Shown here: positions 35,364-47,491 of the stretch, one piece after another
How positions within the stretch are numbered: position 1 is the first letter of the stretch
Layout: every line of letters begins with the position of its first letter
Program-made: the position numbers and the translations under genes
Notes under the pieces: model-generated
Seen by the model: only the letters and a program-made list of their open reading frames with translations
Database searches by the model: none
What the model was told of the DNA's origin: nothing
DNA from: Moniliella sp. 'wahieum'
Lineage: Eukaryota
DNA: 64,000 nt
NCBI GenBank assembly: GCA_003971905.1
Contig: RSEE01000002.1
Span: forward strand, 248,001 to 312,000
Direction: 5' to 3'

Positions 35364-35579
35364 GGGTGGCTCGTGCTTTGGCCAATGCCCCTTCAGTTCC
35401 TCCTCATGCCTGAGAGTTCTGTTTTTCTCCTGTTTTTCCTTGTTCAGCAGCTTATAGCCCCTGGTGGCGACTCGTGCCTGATGTTCCTCTGTAGGCGTTG
35501 CTGGTTGGCTTAGACCACCACCACCACCAGTGCGATTGCAACCCTCGAGGACCATCTGGCAGGACTCCAGGTCTCATCA
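35364..35579 (+). repeat. interspersed repeat copy B (copy A at 3361-3574)
   Basis: Co-linear, same-orientation match to 3361-3574 with scattered substitutions and small indels. Confidence 0.9.
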
Positions 35580-38528
35580 TCTGTTGTGTCTTATTCAAAA
35601 ACGAGATTTCTTAAGGAGTCCGTGTGGACACCCGATCCATGTGTGCTCCCATCAATCCCACTCATGCATCGTTGCAGGGGGCCGGGTTGCTGCGTGACGT
35701 TGAGAAACAAAAAGGCACACAACAAAAAGATGAGATGTTGGAGGAGTATTAGTGGGCATAAAAGTCGCTGCGGAAAGTATATTAATCGAATTAATCCCCC
35801 CAAAATAATGAGCTCCGCGGCGCCGGGGATGATCGATGACACCCACTCAACTCCTCACCCGCCGCGGAGCGAGCAGTGAGGCCTACGGCCCCTAAGGCCT
35901 AAGAGTCCATGGGCCCACCATAAACACTGTGACTGTCAATGAAAAGCTTCAGAGGTTCTCGCTCTTACATCGAACAAAACACTTTGTGGTCCGTAACCTG
36001 TGCAGAGTGCTGTGCATCCCCTTTGTCTTTTATGTGCTCAGCAAAGTTTTCGCTGGCGGATATCAATCTCGTTAAACTTCCTTTGGGCCAGCAATAAGGG
36101 TACTCATGGACGCAGGTGTCTTCCATCACGTTCGACGTCCTACGTTATGTGCGTATAATATCTCTCTCAGTGTGATAAAAGATCCGACGAGATCGATGAG
36201 ATCTGAGAGCCCTCTCGAGTATGAGATGCGCTAGTACTGCTGGGTGTTGTTGCCTATGCCTATACAAAGGTCATCTCTACAAACGGACATCAAGATGACA
36301 CGGTTATTGCCACCGTGAGCTGTGCACACAGTGGTGTGTGGTTGAACGTTGAACACAACCGAAAGGAGAACACTGGGAGCGAAGCGAGAAAACATCAGCG
36401 CTCCTACTATTAGGCTGAGGAGGGACTGAAAAGACCTTGACGAGAAGTACGAGCCACCCGAAGAGGGTGTCGGAGGGTGAACAATTATATTACCACGCTG
36501 TGTAAGAAAGAGGTCACAAAAGAGAAAGTCATAAACAGCGAAACACAGTCTATAATGTTTCGTTACTTCATCGTTTCATCCTTCGAGATCTCAGTGATTG
36601 AGTACCGCTGAGGCCCTCAGTGAGGCTGAGGGCGCTGAGGCGCTGAAGACAACCCCCCAGAACTTTGAACATTGCACGAACGAAGGAGGGGCCTAGAGCC
36701 ACGAGCAGAGGCCACATAGCTGCACCGCCTTCGACAAAGCGCGAAGCACAGCGAACACATGCTCCCTTCTACCCCATATGGACAGCCAGCGCAACACCAG
36801 GCCCGAGCGTCGGGGTTGAACGTGTTGAACGTTGAACGTTGGTTGAGCGTTGAGCCGTTGACCAGTTGAATTGAGCACGTTCATCACATCCAGTCTTCCC
36901 CCCCTTCTTCTGCTCGATCTGATCGCCAAGGACAGGACACGTGGCATCTAATGTGCCCGCCCACGTTGGCTCCACGGCTCAGCTGGGCTGAGACGCTGAG
37001 GCCTGAGGTTCTGTCAAGCATACGCTTGAGAAGATGCAACTGCGATGCGGCCTCCGGCGGCCTTCGGTCGTCTTCGGAGCGAGTCACCCACCCACCCGGC
37101 TTCTTCAGACATCGTGTCCCTCTGGGGCGGCAGCGAGGAAACGGGTGGGCCTGGGTGGGCGCAAGCAGGCGCATATGCTTTTGCGTATTCAACAGCGTGG
37201 TCAGCGGCGCTCACGGTGAGCGGGGAGCTGCTGCTAGGTGCCGTTGCGAGCCCAGAGATCCTGAGGCCAGAGGCCCGATGCATGATGCACGACCGGTGGT
37301 GTTGGGCATGCACCGGCAAACTGGAGGTGCACGGGCAGGAAAACCGAGGTGTTGTACTTGTGTGTAGGTAGCCACGTCGTATATATCACGCAGACCACCT
37401 GTGCTTGTTGGGCAGATTGGGCCGGAATATCACATGCATATACTTGCGCCTCACTATGGCCCGTTCCGTGACTGTTCTCCCAGATCTCCGCAAATGGTTC
37501 GGAACGCGGTGGCCTGAGTACTGGGCGTCCTTCCAGCCGACCTGCATCCATCTTCTACCTCCTCAAGTGGAGAACCCACAAGAGGGCGGCGTAGAGCAAG
37601 GCAGGACGGCACGCAATAGCAGGCCATGCAGAGCTGAGAGTGCCTGCCTGCGCCTGCCCCAACGCACCTGCCAACTAGGTGTGCTAGGGTTGCCGTAGCG
37701 GGGCGCAAACGGCAGGGGTTGCAGCGCTTGGCAGCCTGGTTGTAGCAGATGCGGTGAGCATCAGTGCATGATGCATGCTGCCGCCATGCCGCAGGTCAAG
37801 CTTGACTTGAAGCTTCAAGGGGGATGCACGGGGGCAGCGATGTACGTGCTTGCCCGACGCCCATTGCAGCCCATTCTACGCAGCGCGAGTCCGACGCGCA
37901 GTTAAGCGAATGTTCAAAGCTAGCCAACGTGTGAAGTAGTTGACGTTTAAAAATAACGTTCACCCCAGATGCATGATGCATGATGCATGGTGTGCGCATG
38001 TGAACGTTTCAACAACGCTCAATGTAATGTAACCGCACCTGGCATCTGAGACCGAGGGGATCACCAGCTGAGGGGCCCACAGGGTGATCGTCCGTGGTTG
38101 GAGCTTGGAGTAAGATGATCGATGATCGATGCACCTGATGGGATCAGACAGGCGCTGTGCTGGAGCCGCGGTGCGGCGCAGCCTGCAGCAGCTGCAGCGC
38201 TGGCTGCATCATGCATCATGCATCGTGCCAGCACCTCAGCACCTGAGCGCTGAGGCTGAGCGCTCGCCCTTCGCAGCAGCGGGCACTCCGGATGAGGACT
38301 GTGTCTGAGTGAAGAGTGCCCCCGAGCGTGGCGCGGCATGCCTGCCAGCGGGTGCCCGCGGCCCAGCGCGGGGCAGCGGGCACTCGCTTGAAATTTCGCC
38401 TCCGCCCAGACCCCATCGATGGCACCATCGGCTGCCCCACGCTATTTAACCCTGTCGGCCTTTCGCATCCCTGGCCACCACACGGTGCCCACCCCCACCC
38501 CCATCCCCTCCACCTTCCCGGACAGACC

Positions 38529-39616
38529 ATGGCCTGCCCCAGCCACCCATCCCCCGCTTCCCTATATCAACACCCCGCAGCCCCCGCTGCTCCTTCCTCC
38601 CGCCCGCCCGCCTTCCCACCCACGCCGCCGTCTGCGATGACTGATCTCGATCCGCGCTGCTGCCGCCGCTGCCTCGCTGTCTTCTTCCCTCGCCTACACA
38701 CCCTCCATTGGCGCTTCCTCCGTCGATGACGGTATGTCTTCTTCCCTGGGAGGGAAAATAAGCATCCATGCTGACCCCTCCTGCTTTGATCCATCAGATA
38801 TTCCTCTTTCGACTCCCACCGAGGGCCAATCCCTTCCATCTCCCAGCTACAACAGCCGGGGTCGAAGCATGGTCCGCAAGACTTCGGTTGTGCGTGGGCG
38901 CGAACCCCATCGGCGTGCACCTACTCATCCTTCACACGCTGTCCCCATCCATACTCAGTCCATCTCCCCACTCATCAACTCGTCGAGTCCGATCTGTCTC
39001 CCAAGCCGTCGGTGCACGATACGTCTCTACCCCAAAACGGCATTTGGGCATGGGGCCAAGAACCATTATCCCGTCTCCTTCTCCACCGCGGGAACGAGTA
39101 TGGATCCCCTAGACCACCCGGATATGTTCGACCTCGACCTCACCATGGGCATGGACATGGACATGGATATGGACATGGATACCGATGTGGTCATGGGTCC
39201 TGCACCCCCCGCCTCGCCCGTCGCAGCGCCCCTTCCTCGTCCTCGATCCCGCACGCATTTGCCAGCAGGTCCGTCGATGGCCCTCCTTGGCGCGCCTGGT
39301 CCACGGAAATTTTCCATCCCGACCGTCAAGCCCATGTACGGTTCAAAGGCAAGTCGACGACAGAGCACCGCTTGTGCCTTGGCCCCTACCGTGCCCCACA
39401 TTTCCATCCCCCCTTCACATCGCGACAGCCTTACTCTTTCTCTGTTGTAGGGATGGGAATGGGGATGGATCTTACCGACGCATCATCAGATCGGTCTCAG
39501 TCGTTTCACCGTGGCCGTTCGCACCGTCTCAAGAGTCTCCCCCACAAGGACGAAGGGGGTATCCTATCCCTCCCCGTCGCTCTTCACGGCACCCATCTGG
39601 TGACTCGCAGTTTTGA
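38529..39616 (+). CDS. hypothetical Pro/Ser-rich protein
   Basis: Overlapping ORFs 38316..38729 and 38734..39450 linked by a plausible intron at ~38732-38798 (GTATGT..CTGAC..CAG). It contains an MDMDMDMD repeat. No family was recognised. Confidence 0.4.
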
Positions 39617-41984
39617 AGCGAATGTCATTCAACGCTTCGCCCATTTCTCCCCCTTTTCTCATTCCGTCACCGTCACCGTCACCTTCCCCCTCTTATTAAA
39701 GGGAATGATTGCTATTCATTCCCCCTTCATGCACCACTTGGCCTGTCCTCTGTTTCCGGACTCATACTTCACCCATCTTGTATTGACTGACATATGGACT
39801 TTACCACACTCATCGATCATCCTCCTCTACCTTTTCATTGCACGCATCCCCGTTCAGCTTGTGGGTCCTGTCTGTTATACGCTGTAGCTTTTTCCTGTCG
39901 TACAAGTTCCTGTGTCACGCCCCTGGTTGCCTTTCATGTCACTTCCACCACCCTTTCCTGTACTTGTCTAGACGGTGGGTGTGCTGTTCACTTCATTCGG
40001 CCCAAACTCAGTTTTGCTTTCATCTAGCGTGCGAACCCACTTCTCGAGGTCATCCTCTAGGTCTCAGCCCCCAGCATTTAGCTTCCGGTCAGACCCAAGA
40101 GACTCACAGCACAAGAGAGACCCTGAGGGGTGAGAGCAAGTGCCCGGCCTCGCCCTTTGCAATGTGCTGTGGGCCTCAGCGGTTCAGCTCTCGGATGTCT
40201 CGGCTGCTCAGTGCCTCTCGGCCCTGAGACTCTCCATTTTCAGCTCTCAGCACATTGATCTGAATGATTAATGATTGGGGAGCCCAACAAAAGCCACTCA
40301 ATCTGCGCATCGTAACCTTGTCGTGATCCCCGAACACCTGGGAAACTGGGACATGGCGCTTTCCATCTCTGTGTGACTAGTGGCTAGTGACTGTAATAGG
40401 TGCCTTGTGGCCCAACAATTATTAGGTGGGAACGGGAAAAAAATGAGTGATGCTCGATGCCCCCATCGAGATCTTATATCATTGATCACAGCATTTCTAA
40501 CACTTTTGACGTCAAACTGATGTGCCCTTTTTGGAATGTTAAACGTTAAATTAATGAGAGTGTTGGTCCTGCGGTGAAGAGGCCGTAGGGTAAAAGACCC
40601 GACACGGCAAGGCTGAGGCGCAGGGAGGTGAGAGCCTCCGCGGACTCAGGGCCTCAGACCTGTCCGGACCGGTCGGGTTCTGTGACCGGTGACCCTAGAG
40701 ACCCTCAGGCCTCACTCAGGCGCCTCAGCCTCAGCGCCTCAGCGTTTCCCTACATGGCCATAGTAGTGACTAGTATACCTTGCGAGGCGAAGTGCTAGTG
40801 ATCATTCTTCAGCCGTCGTAGCATCGCGCCATCGCGGCATCGTTTGGACGGAGAGCGGCGGGCTGTTCCCCATGGGCGCATGAGGCATGAGGCCTGAGGC
40901 CTGAGGACGAGACTACGGAGGCGATGCACTGGGTACTCATTCATTCTGAGCACACGACGGAGTATACAGGTGAGTTCGGTGAGCATGGGGCGAGCACGAA
41001 GTGCGGGGAGAGCTGCCAATAAAACCGTCAAGCCTTTGCTTGCTTGCTGTCAGGCACCTGTCACACATCACACGCCACACTTCACATCACATCACATATT
41101 TTAGCACTGTGGCCTCAGGGCCTCATCGACCATGGCGCAAAAATCCCCATCTGTAGTGAAAAGGCCTGACGGTACTTTTGCGAAGGAATCGTGGCCGAGT
41201 GTCAGCATAATGTCAGGCAGGTATAGTAGAGTCACTACTAGAACCGCTTATCTTGTGTCTAGTGCAAGAACACATGTCAGTATTGCACTCTATCACAGGT
41301 TTTTGCTTTATACATGTGGATCTCGCTGTGTGGGTACGCAGAGTGTGGCATTGGCGCACATGCAACACTTTTTCTCGTGAAGAGCTATTAAAATCAACGT
41401 AAACGAGGTGCCGTGGCCATGGGGAACGGTGGTATGGCACACCCTCCTGGTCCTGATGCGGCCTGATGGGTTGAATGTGGGGAAGTCATAATGATGCACA
41501 CAGCTAAGAATGAGATCGATGGGATTATGCCACAAATGGACCAAAATCAGAAGTCGCCACCTTTGGTTACAACAACACCAAAGACCGTCGACGAGTCTAT
41601 TATTGATTGGGGGCAATTTCGGCATCATCCATGTCCGGTCTGGCCCAAATTGAGTCCGTTGGCATATTCTGGCTGGCAGAGCTATAATCGGCATGCATGT
41701 CCTACCAGAAGGAATGACGCCTTTTCAGATGAGAGATTGGAAGGCCTGGCCGAACAAGCTGCCGACGGGCTCCTTTGGCCCCCCTCCGCCCCCGCATGGC
41801 GGCAGTGTATGTCGGCGTTATTGCACGCTCCCCAGGAAGACCACCAGGTCCCAAATAAAAGGAAACATTGAAGTTGGAAGAAAAAAAAGCAACGCATCTT
41901 TTGTTTTGCGGTATGGCTGTCCCCCTTTCGTTGCCCCCCGCTCGCCCCTTCCCATTTCGACCATCACCATCTGACCCACGTACC

Positions 41985-42693
41985 ATGCGTGAATTTCTGC
42001 ATACCGCCCTCTTCCCCTACACATGCTGGCTGAGACTGCGCTGGGGGTAGTGAACAAGTACCCAACCCCACGCGGGCATGTGGTGTCGATGGACGTGTTG
42101 GATCAAGCGTACGACCCAAGCACCGGTCTGCTGCGCTTGGAACGGATATTGGGTGTGCGCCAAGCGGCCCCCGGGTGGGCGCGGCGTCTGTTGGCGGGTT
42201 GGCAGATACGTTTGTGCGAGAAGTCACTTTGGTCGATCCTGTGACGGCCAAGGTGGAGCAAACGTCGACGAATATGTCCTTGGCAGTACCTGCTGGTTCG
42301 AGAACATGTCGTCATTCCCCGGGTGACCCAAGCAGGCCCTATGTCGTCCCTCCTTCCCCCTTTAGCCCCTTGCACGACAGTGAGGACGACCAGCCTCCCC
42401 CTTCCACCTCGGCTGGATCTCCGCCGAGGAGGGAAAGCGTGCCTCCTCTCTCGCCCAACAACCCTTGGACCACGTTTAGCCAGTTGGCGGACATTGAGGC
42501 GCGGATCGGCACCTCTTCTACCCACTCGTTTGTGCCACAGCGCATGCTCCACAAGCTCGAGCACCGAATCGAGGAGTGGTCTTTTCCCGTTTTGGTGATA
42601 ACGCCGGCAAGGGCAAGTTGGGCCTCTCGACTGTGCTACAAGCGTTGTGGGGACCGCCCGATGCGACCCAAGTTCAAGCAGCAGTGTCGCTAG
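41985..42693 (+). CDS. UPS2: PRELI/MSF1 family mitochondrial lipid-transfer protein (Ups2-like)
   Basis: MREFLHTALFPY..NKYP..HVVSMDVLDQ..GLLRLERILGVRQAAPGWA..FVREVTLVDP..STNMSL..TTFSQLADIEA..LEHRIEEWS. Frameshifted, with the 3' end uncertain. Confidence 0.78.
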
Positions 42694-43414
42694 GCGCTCC
42701 CGTTGCCCCCACGCCATCACCCGCCTAGTCGTCCCTGCGGCTTGTGTCTATCCTCATCTTCGATGCGCGCCCTTCATCCCTTCATCCCTCCATGCAGGCG
42801 GCCTTTTTGCGCGCACATGCTCCCCTCTGGACCAACTGGAACAAGCAGGGAGCCCTGGCGCCGTACTCCATGGTCTGTTACCCATGCATTCTCGGTTACC
42901 CTTAGTTTATTTTTGTATGCGTCGCCCCAACCTCGCCTGCATGACCTGGCTGCCGTGCCCTACCTGTGTTCGCTCCAGATGGGCAAACTGGAGAGAAGCA
43001 AGCGTTCCAGCTTTCTTGGCACAGGGGACTGCATACGCGAGTCGGCAAAACTCTTGTTGTCCGCTTCGACCTCAGCCATTTTCCTTGCCTCAGCACCTGA
43101 ACACTCTCCTTCTCCGGACGAGATATTCATCCTACACTGGGAACCCACGTGTCCATTCCCAATTCGGTAGCTCCCTCATGCAACCCACGTCTCATCCTCT
43201 ATGCATACCTGGACCGGGGGGCGAAAAACGCAATGCATTTCCAAGGAACCTACGTCCTTTCCCTCCTCCTTTCCCTTTTGGTTAACCCAAGATCCCGACC
43301 GACGACTCCTTAGTTGACTGCTGCACACTTACAGGGTGTTTGATCACATTGGAGATGACCACGACGCAGAAGGGAACCCAGGAGCCAGTCAGGGCAGATC
43401 CTGATTCAGCCGCC

Positions 43415-45269
43415 CTACGAACCAGGTGACGAATCCACAAGCACATAAGGGTCTTCGCTCTCCCCCCCTTCGAACACAAGGTACGTGCTCACCCGCTCGC
43501 CCCACTTATCCAAGAGGAACACCCGCGCTCTGCGCTTTACGTGGGGATCGCCATAGGCAGCCCACGATGCGCCGCCCGCAAAACAAATCCACATGCCTTG
43601 CACCCGGCGACAATCCGAGTTGAGATGCATATGTCCATGCGCCAAAACGACCGTATCCCGTTCCTCGGTTTGGTTGACCAGAAAGGAGAAAATGCCGCTC
43701 TTGGCCTGGGCACCGGGCCGACCTTCGTCTTCCTTCCGGTGACCTACCACGAGGGAAGGATGGTCGACCGAATCAAACGCTTCGGGGACCGGGATGTGCT
43801 GGAACATGAGTGCGGTGGGCTTTTGGTAGGTTTGGGCCGAGGGCGACGAGCCAGGCGCGTAGGGTCGTGCGATCCGGGGCATGGAGCGCGACAGGTTGGC
43901 AAACCAATCGACTTGGTCTTGGTGCACGTAACCGTACCTCCCAGCGCCTTCTTGCAAGGGAGTATGTGCGCCCGAATCGAGAAAGTACAGCGTGGCCAGG
44001 TGGCGGTCGTCGGCCCAGACGGGGAGGGGAGGTAAAAGTTGCCGGCACAAATACGTTGGGGGGACTGACGCCGGTTTTGCTTTGGGGCAGGGACGCGTAG
44101 AGGCGTTGCAGGTCGCGGCGTGACAGAAAGCCAGATTGGGAATCATGGTTGCCACTGATGGCAGCAAAGGGGATGCCATGTTGGAGCAGCGGGCGAAGGA
44201 GGCGCATGAGTGTACTGCGTTCGTCCCACGAAGTGCCTACGCCATTCAGCTGGTCCCCGGACAGTACCACCAAGTCGGGGCTTCTCCTTTTCCAGCCACA
44301 GGGAGATCAGCGTGGCCGTCTGTTCCCCACCTGCAACTCGGTCTCGAGGAGGGGAAGGGTGGGGTCCCGACAGGCGCGGGAACGAGGCTAAAGTGCAAGT
44401 CAGCCAATTGAAGGATCTTGAACGTCCCGTCCGACCGAAACGTGAGGGGACGGTCGTCCTTGGGGATCGGGGTGCGGCGGATGGCCAAGCTCGAGCCCAC
44501 CTTGCTCCCTGTGGGGACGATGGAGCGGGAAACAAGTGAAAAGCCCGGTAGGGGCAGGTTGTCGCCATACTACAGCCGTGTCAGTTCCTCAGCACAGTCG
44601 TTCCCAGCCGACGGCACGTACAATCACATCCAGCTCAGTAACGCTTGCTAGCTGCGTCTCGTTCCAGGTCGACTGATCAAGGCGGAAATAAAGATAGAGC
44701 GGGGTGCGCGGGGTGCCGGTAAGCCCCGTGCGAAGATCCAGGGAAACCTTGTTCCATCCTTCCACATCGTGCTCGGACAGACACACATCCACAATCCGCT
44801 TGCCTGTGTCGGCGAGGCCGCGGCGGTAAAAGATCCAGGTGGCCCATAGAGGAGGCAGTTCCAGTGCCCAGGGCCAGCGCCAGGGCCGGGGGGGGGGGTG
44901 ATCGTACGATGCGGGGTCGGAGAGGGCCTGTGCATTGACGCGGCCAGCGCGTTGGGCGAGTGCGGGGTCGAGCCAGCGCTGCATCTTGACCCAGCCCTTG
45001 CCGGGCGAGCAGGGAAAGCCGCGCAAGCATCGTTGGGCGGTAATGGAGACCAAGGGGTTGGGGTTGGGCTCGAGCGGCGCATACGGCTCTGTCGCCGCGG
45101 GGAGGGGCGAGAGATGCGGGATGGAGCCCAGGGCGAGCAGGAGCAGGAGCAGGAGCAGGGCGGCAAGAAGACGCGGCCTCTTGTGTGCGCGGGTGCGGGC
45201 CGCGGGGAGCAGGGGGACAGGGCCAGGCAGGGCGGGCGGGGGCGGCGGGCGGCGCAGGCGCAGGGCCAT
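43415..45269 (-). CDS. calcineurin-like metallophosphoesterase (DCR2-like)
   Basis: N-terminal TM (LLAALLLLLLLLAL), then FRSDGTFKILQLADLHF, VVLSGDQLNG, IPFAAISGNHD, YGYVHQDQVDW, ALMFQHIPVPE, HGHMHLNSDC and CFAGGASWAAYG. Frameshifted. Confidence 0.88.
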
Positions 45270-45791
45270 TGTAGGTGCGGTGGGTCCCTAGCGTCCCTGG
45301 CGGGCTGGGTCCCTCTGGGCCGTCGCCGTGGCCTGGGCCGCAGGAGTAGGCTCGTACTTGTCCAGCACCCGAGGCCAGATGAACGACGCGAGTAAGGCTA
45401 CGACTGCTGACGTAAGATACCCCGACTGGGCCATGCAGATTGAAACGTGCAACGGGAGCGCAGCTGTGGCGGGCGCTGCCCTTTATGGCCACCGCCCGCT
45501 GTTGGGGTGGGGCGGAGTGCGGCCTGCGGCCTGGTGCGGCAGGGTGCGGGGCACAGGCGACGTGCAGCGGGGAACACTCGCCGCGTGGTGGCCAGTGGCG
45601 ATGCCGATCTTTGCCGATCATCGATCATCCATTACACATTGCGCTCATCCTGCGCAGCAGAGCAGCGCAGAGCGTGGCCTGGCCATCAGGGTGGCGGCGC
45701 AGCACAGCGCCGCCCATCCTCCCGCCAGGCAGATTGCGTGCCGGTCGGTCGGCCTGGGCCTGCCTCCTCTCCCCACCACCACCCACTCCCC

Positions 45792-46906
45792 ATGAGCGAC
45801 GCGTACAACGGCCAGGCAGGCAACCTCTACATCCTCCCTCACCAATGCGCGCGCTTGCGAGGAAGCAGACATCCAATGGACCTACGAGGGCAGCGCCACC
45901 GAAGAAGACGTCGCGCTCTTGCGCCTCTACACCACCGCTGCCAACCCCCAGTCCCATACCATCACCTTCACATTGGTACCGAGTACCGCTACTATGACTG
46001 GAACCTGGCGGTGCCTCCGGGCATGTACTATCTCTACATCCTTGACCAAGAGTCGGGCTTGAGCGCAAACAGCACCCCGTTTGAGATTCTGCCTCCCAAG
46101 AACAAAAAGTCCTGCTGGGCCGGCAGCACCATCACCTCTCCTGTCCCCGGACCCAACACGGGCAAGCAAGTGGTTTCCTCTCCCTCTCCCTCGCCCTCTC
46201 CCTCGGCCGAGGCCAAACCCAAGACGCAAACGGTTGTGCCGTCGGTAGTGGTGCCAGTGGTAGTGGTGCTCTTGCTGGCCATGCTCCTTTTCTACTTTGC
46301 CCGTCGCCGTCGGTTCAATTGGGCCAAGGTCAGCTCCTTGCTCTCACCAAACCCTCAAGCCAGGCCAAGGGGCAGCGCCGCCGGCGCAAGGAAAAGGTAT
46401 CCATTGCTTTACCTAGTGCGCCACGCTCGGCCGCGGCGCGCCAGACGTCAGCACGGCAACTGAACGAAAGCGACCATGGCCCTACGGGTTTGTGACGGAA
46501 GAGTATGCCATGAACGACCGCCCACACCGACGGAGCAAGCCTTCTTCGTTCCGTGCCCCGCGGGCGAGCGAGCATGGGCGCAAGGACTTCATGCTGTACG
46601 ACTCGAACGACTCGGATGACATGGAGGAACCTGAAACTGCCGTACATCCACGAAGAAGGGGAATTGCTCCCTCCCTACTCGCACAATGGGTCGCGTGATG
46701 AGGAGGAGGCTGGCATGGACGAATCTCGTGCCCACCTCTTTACGCACAGGGCGTACGGTGATGCGGAGGGGTACGCCGAACTGCCCCGGTCCACCTTTGC
46801 TCTTCGCCCACCTACCTCGGCTGTGACGCGCATGCACCACCATGAGGCTCATACTGGTGCCGCGCCTAGCGCTCATTCCCGTGGACGTGGAGGTCGGCCG
46901 CGTTGA
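45792..46906 (+). CDS. hypothetical single-pass membrane protein
   Basis: Beta-rich N-terminal region (YYDWNLAVPPGMYYLYI..STPFEILP), an S/P linker, then a TM VVVPVVVVLLLAMLLFYFA followed by RRRR. The tail contains an LPPY motif. Several frameshifts. Confidence 0.55.
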
Positions 46907-47126
46907 GGCGATCGCAGGCACAGAGGCGTTGTCAGATGTGCTGATCTGAATCGAGCGAGGCCATTGGTGAGGGCATTTGTTTTGTTAGTTGTCATGGATT
47001 GTTTGATACTGGATTCTGTACGTTGTGCCTGTGTGGAGCTCATTATGTCTATCTTCTTCCACCTTCTGCCAGCCATGTGGTCATGGTCCAGATGCATCTG
47101 CGCCACACGCCGCTACGAAGAGAGCT

Positions 47127-47426
47127 GAATGTTCCCGAGTGAAGGGACCAAGCGAGAGCATCTAACCTCGAGGCGGCGAGTGGGGATCCTGTTTTGGAGC
47201 TCCGTTTTGCAAGCCGGTGTGGAGGTTCAGAGCTCAAAGAAGCATTGTGCCACATCGGCTTCATCGTCATCCTGCCTCTCGTCAGTACGAGAGCTGCTTG
47301 GCGAGGGACGATGGAAAGGTTCTGGGGCGCTCGAGAGGCGGAGAGGGTAGCTTACCTAATATGCTCGCTGCTTCGCGTAGCTTCGGCTGCAGCTTCTCGG
47401 CGGCCCGTGCGACGTGATAAATAGAG
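47127..47426 (+). promoter_or_regulatory. candidate heat-shock elements and TATA-like site upstream of HSP78
   Basis: GAAtgTTCccGAG at 47127-47139, TTCgcGTAgcTTC at 47372-47384, and TAAATA at ~47418. Both HSE matches are imperfect. Confidence 0.3.
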
Positions 47427-47491
47427 CGAGCCGCTGTCCAGACTTCTTCGTGGCTTTTCTCTTCGTGTCCACGGTGCTCATCGACCCAACG

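Noticed and set aside
26302..38500. Centromere or kinetochore gene cluster (DAD2 and Aurora near a gene-free island)
   Set aside because: Gene proximity is uninformative, and the island is short with no diagnostic centromeric feature.
41132..41871. Short ORFs upstream of UPS2
   Set aside because: No recognisable motifs or consistent splice structure, so a gene call cannot be supported.
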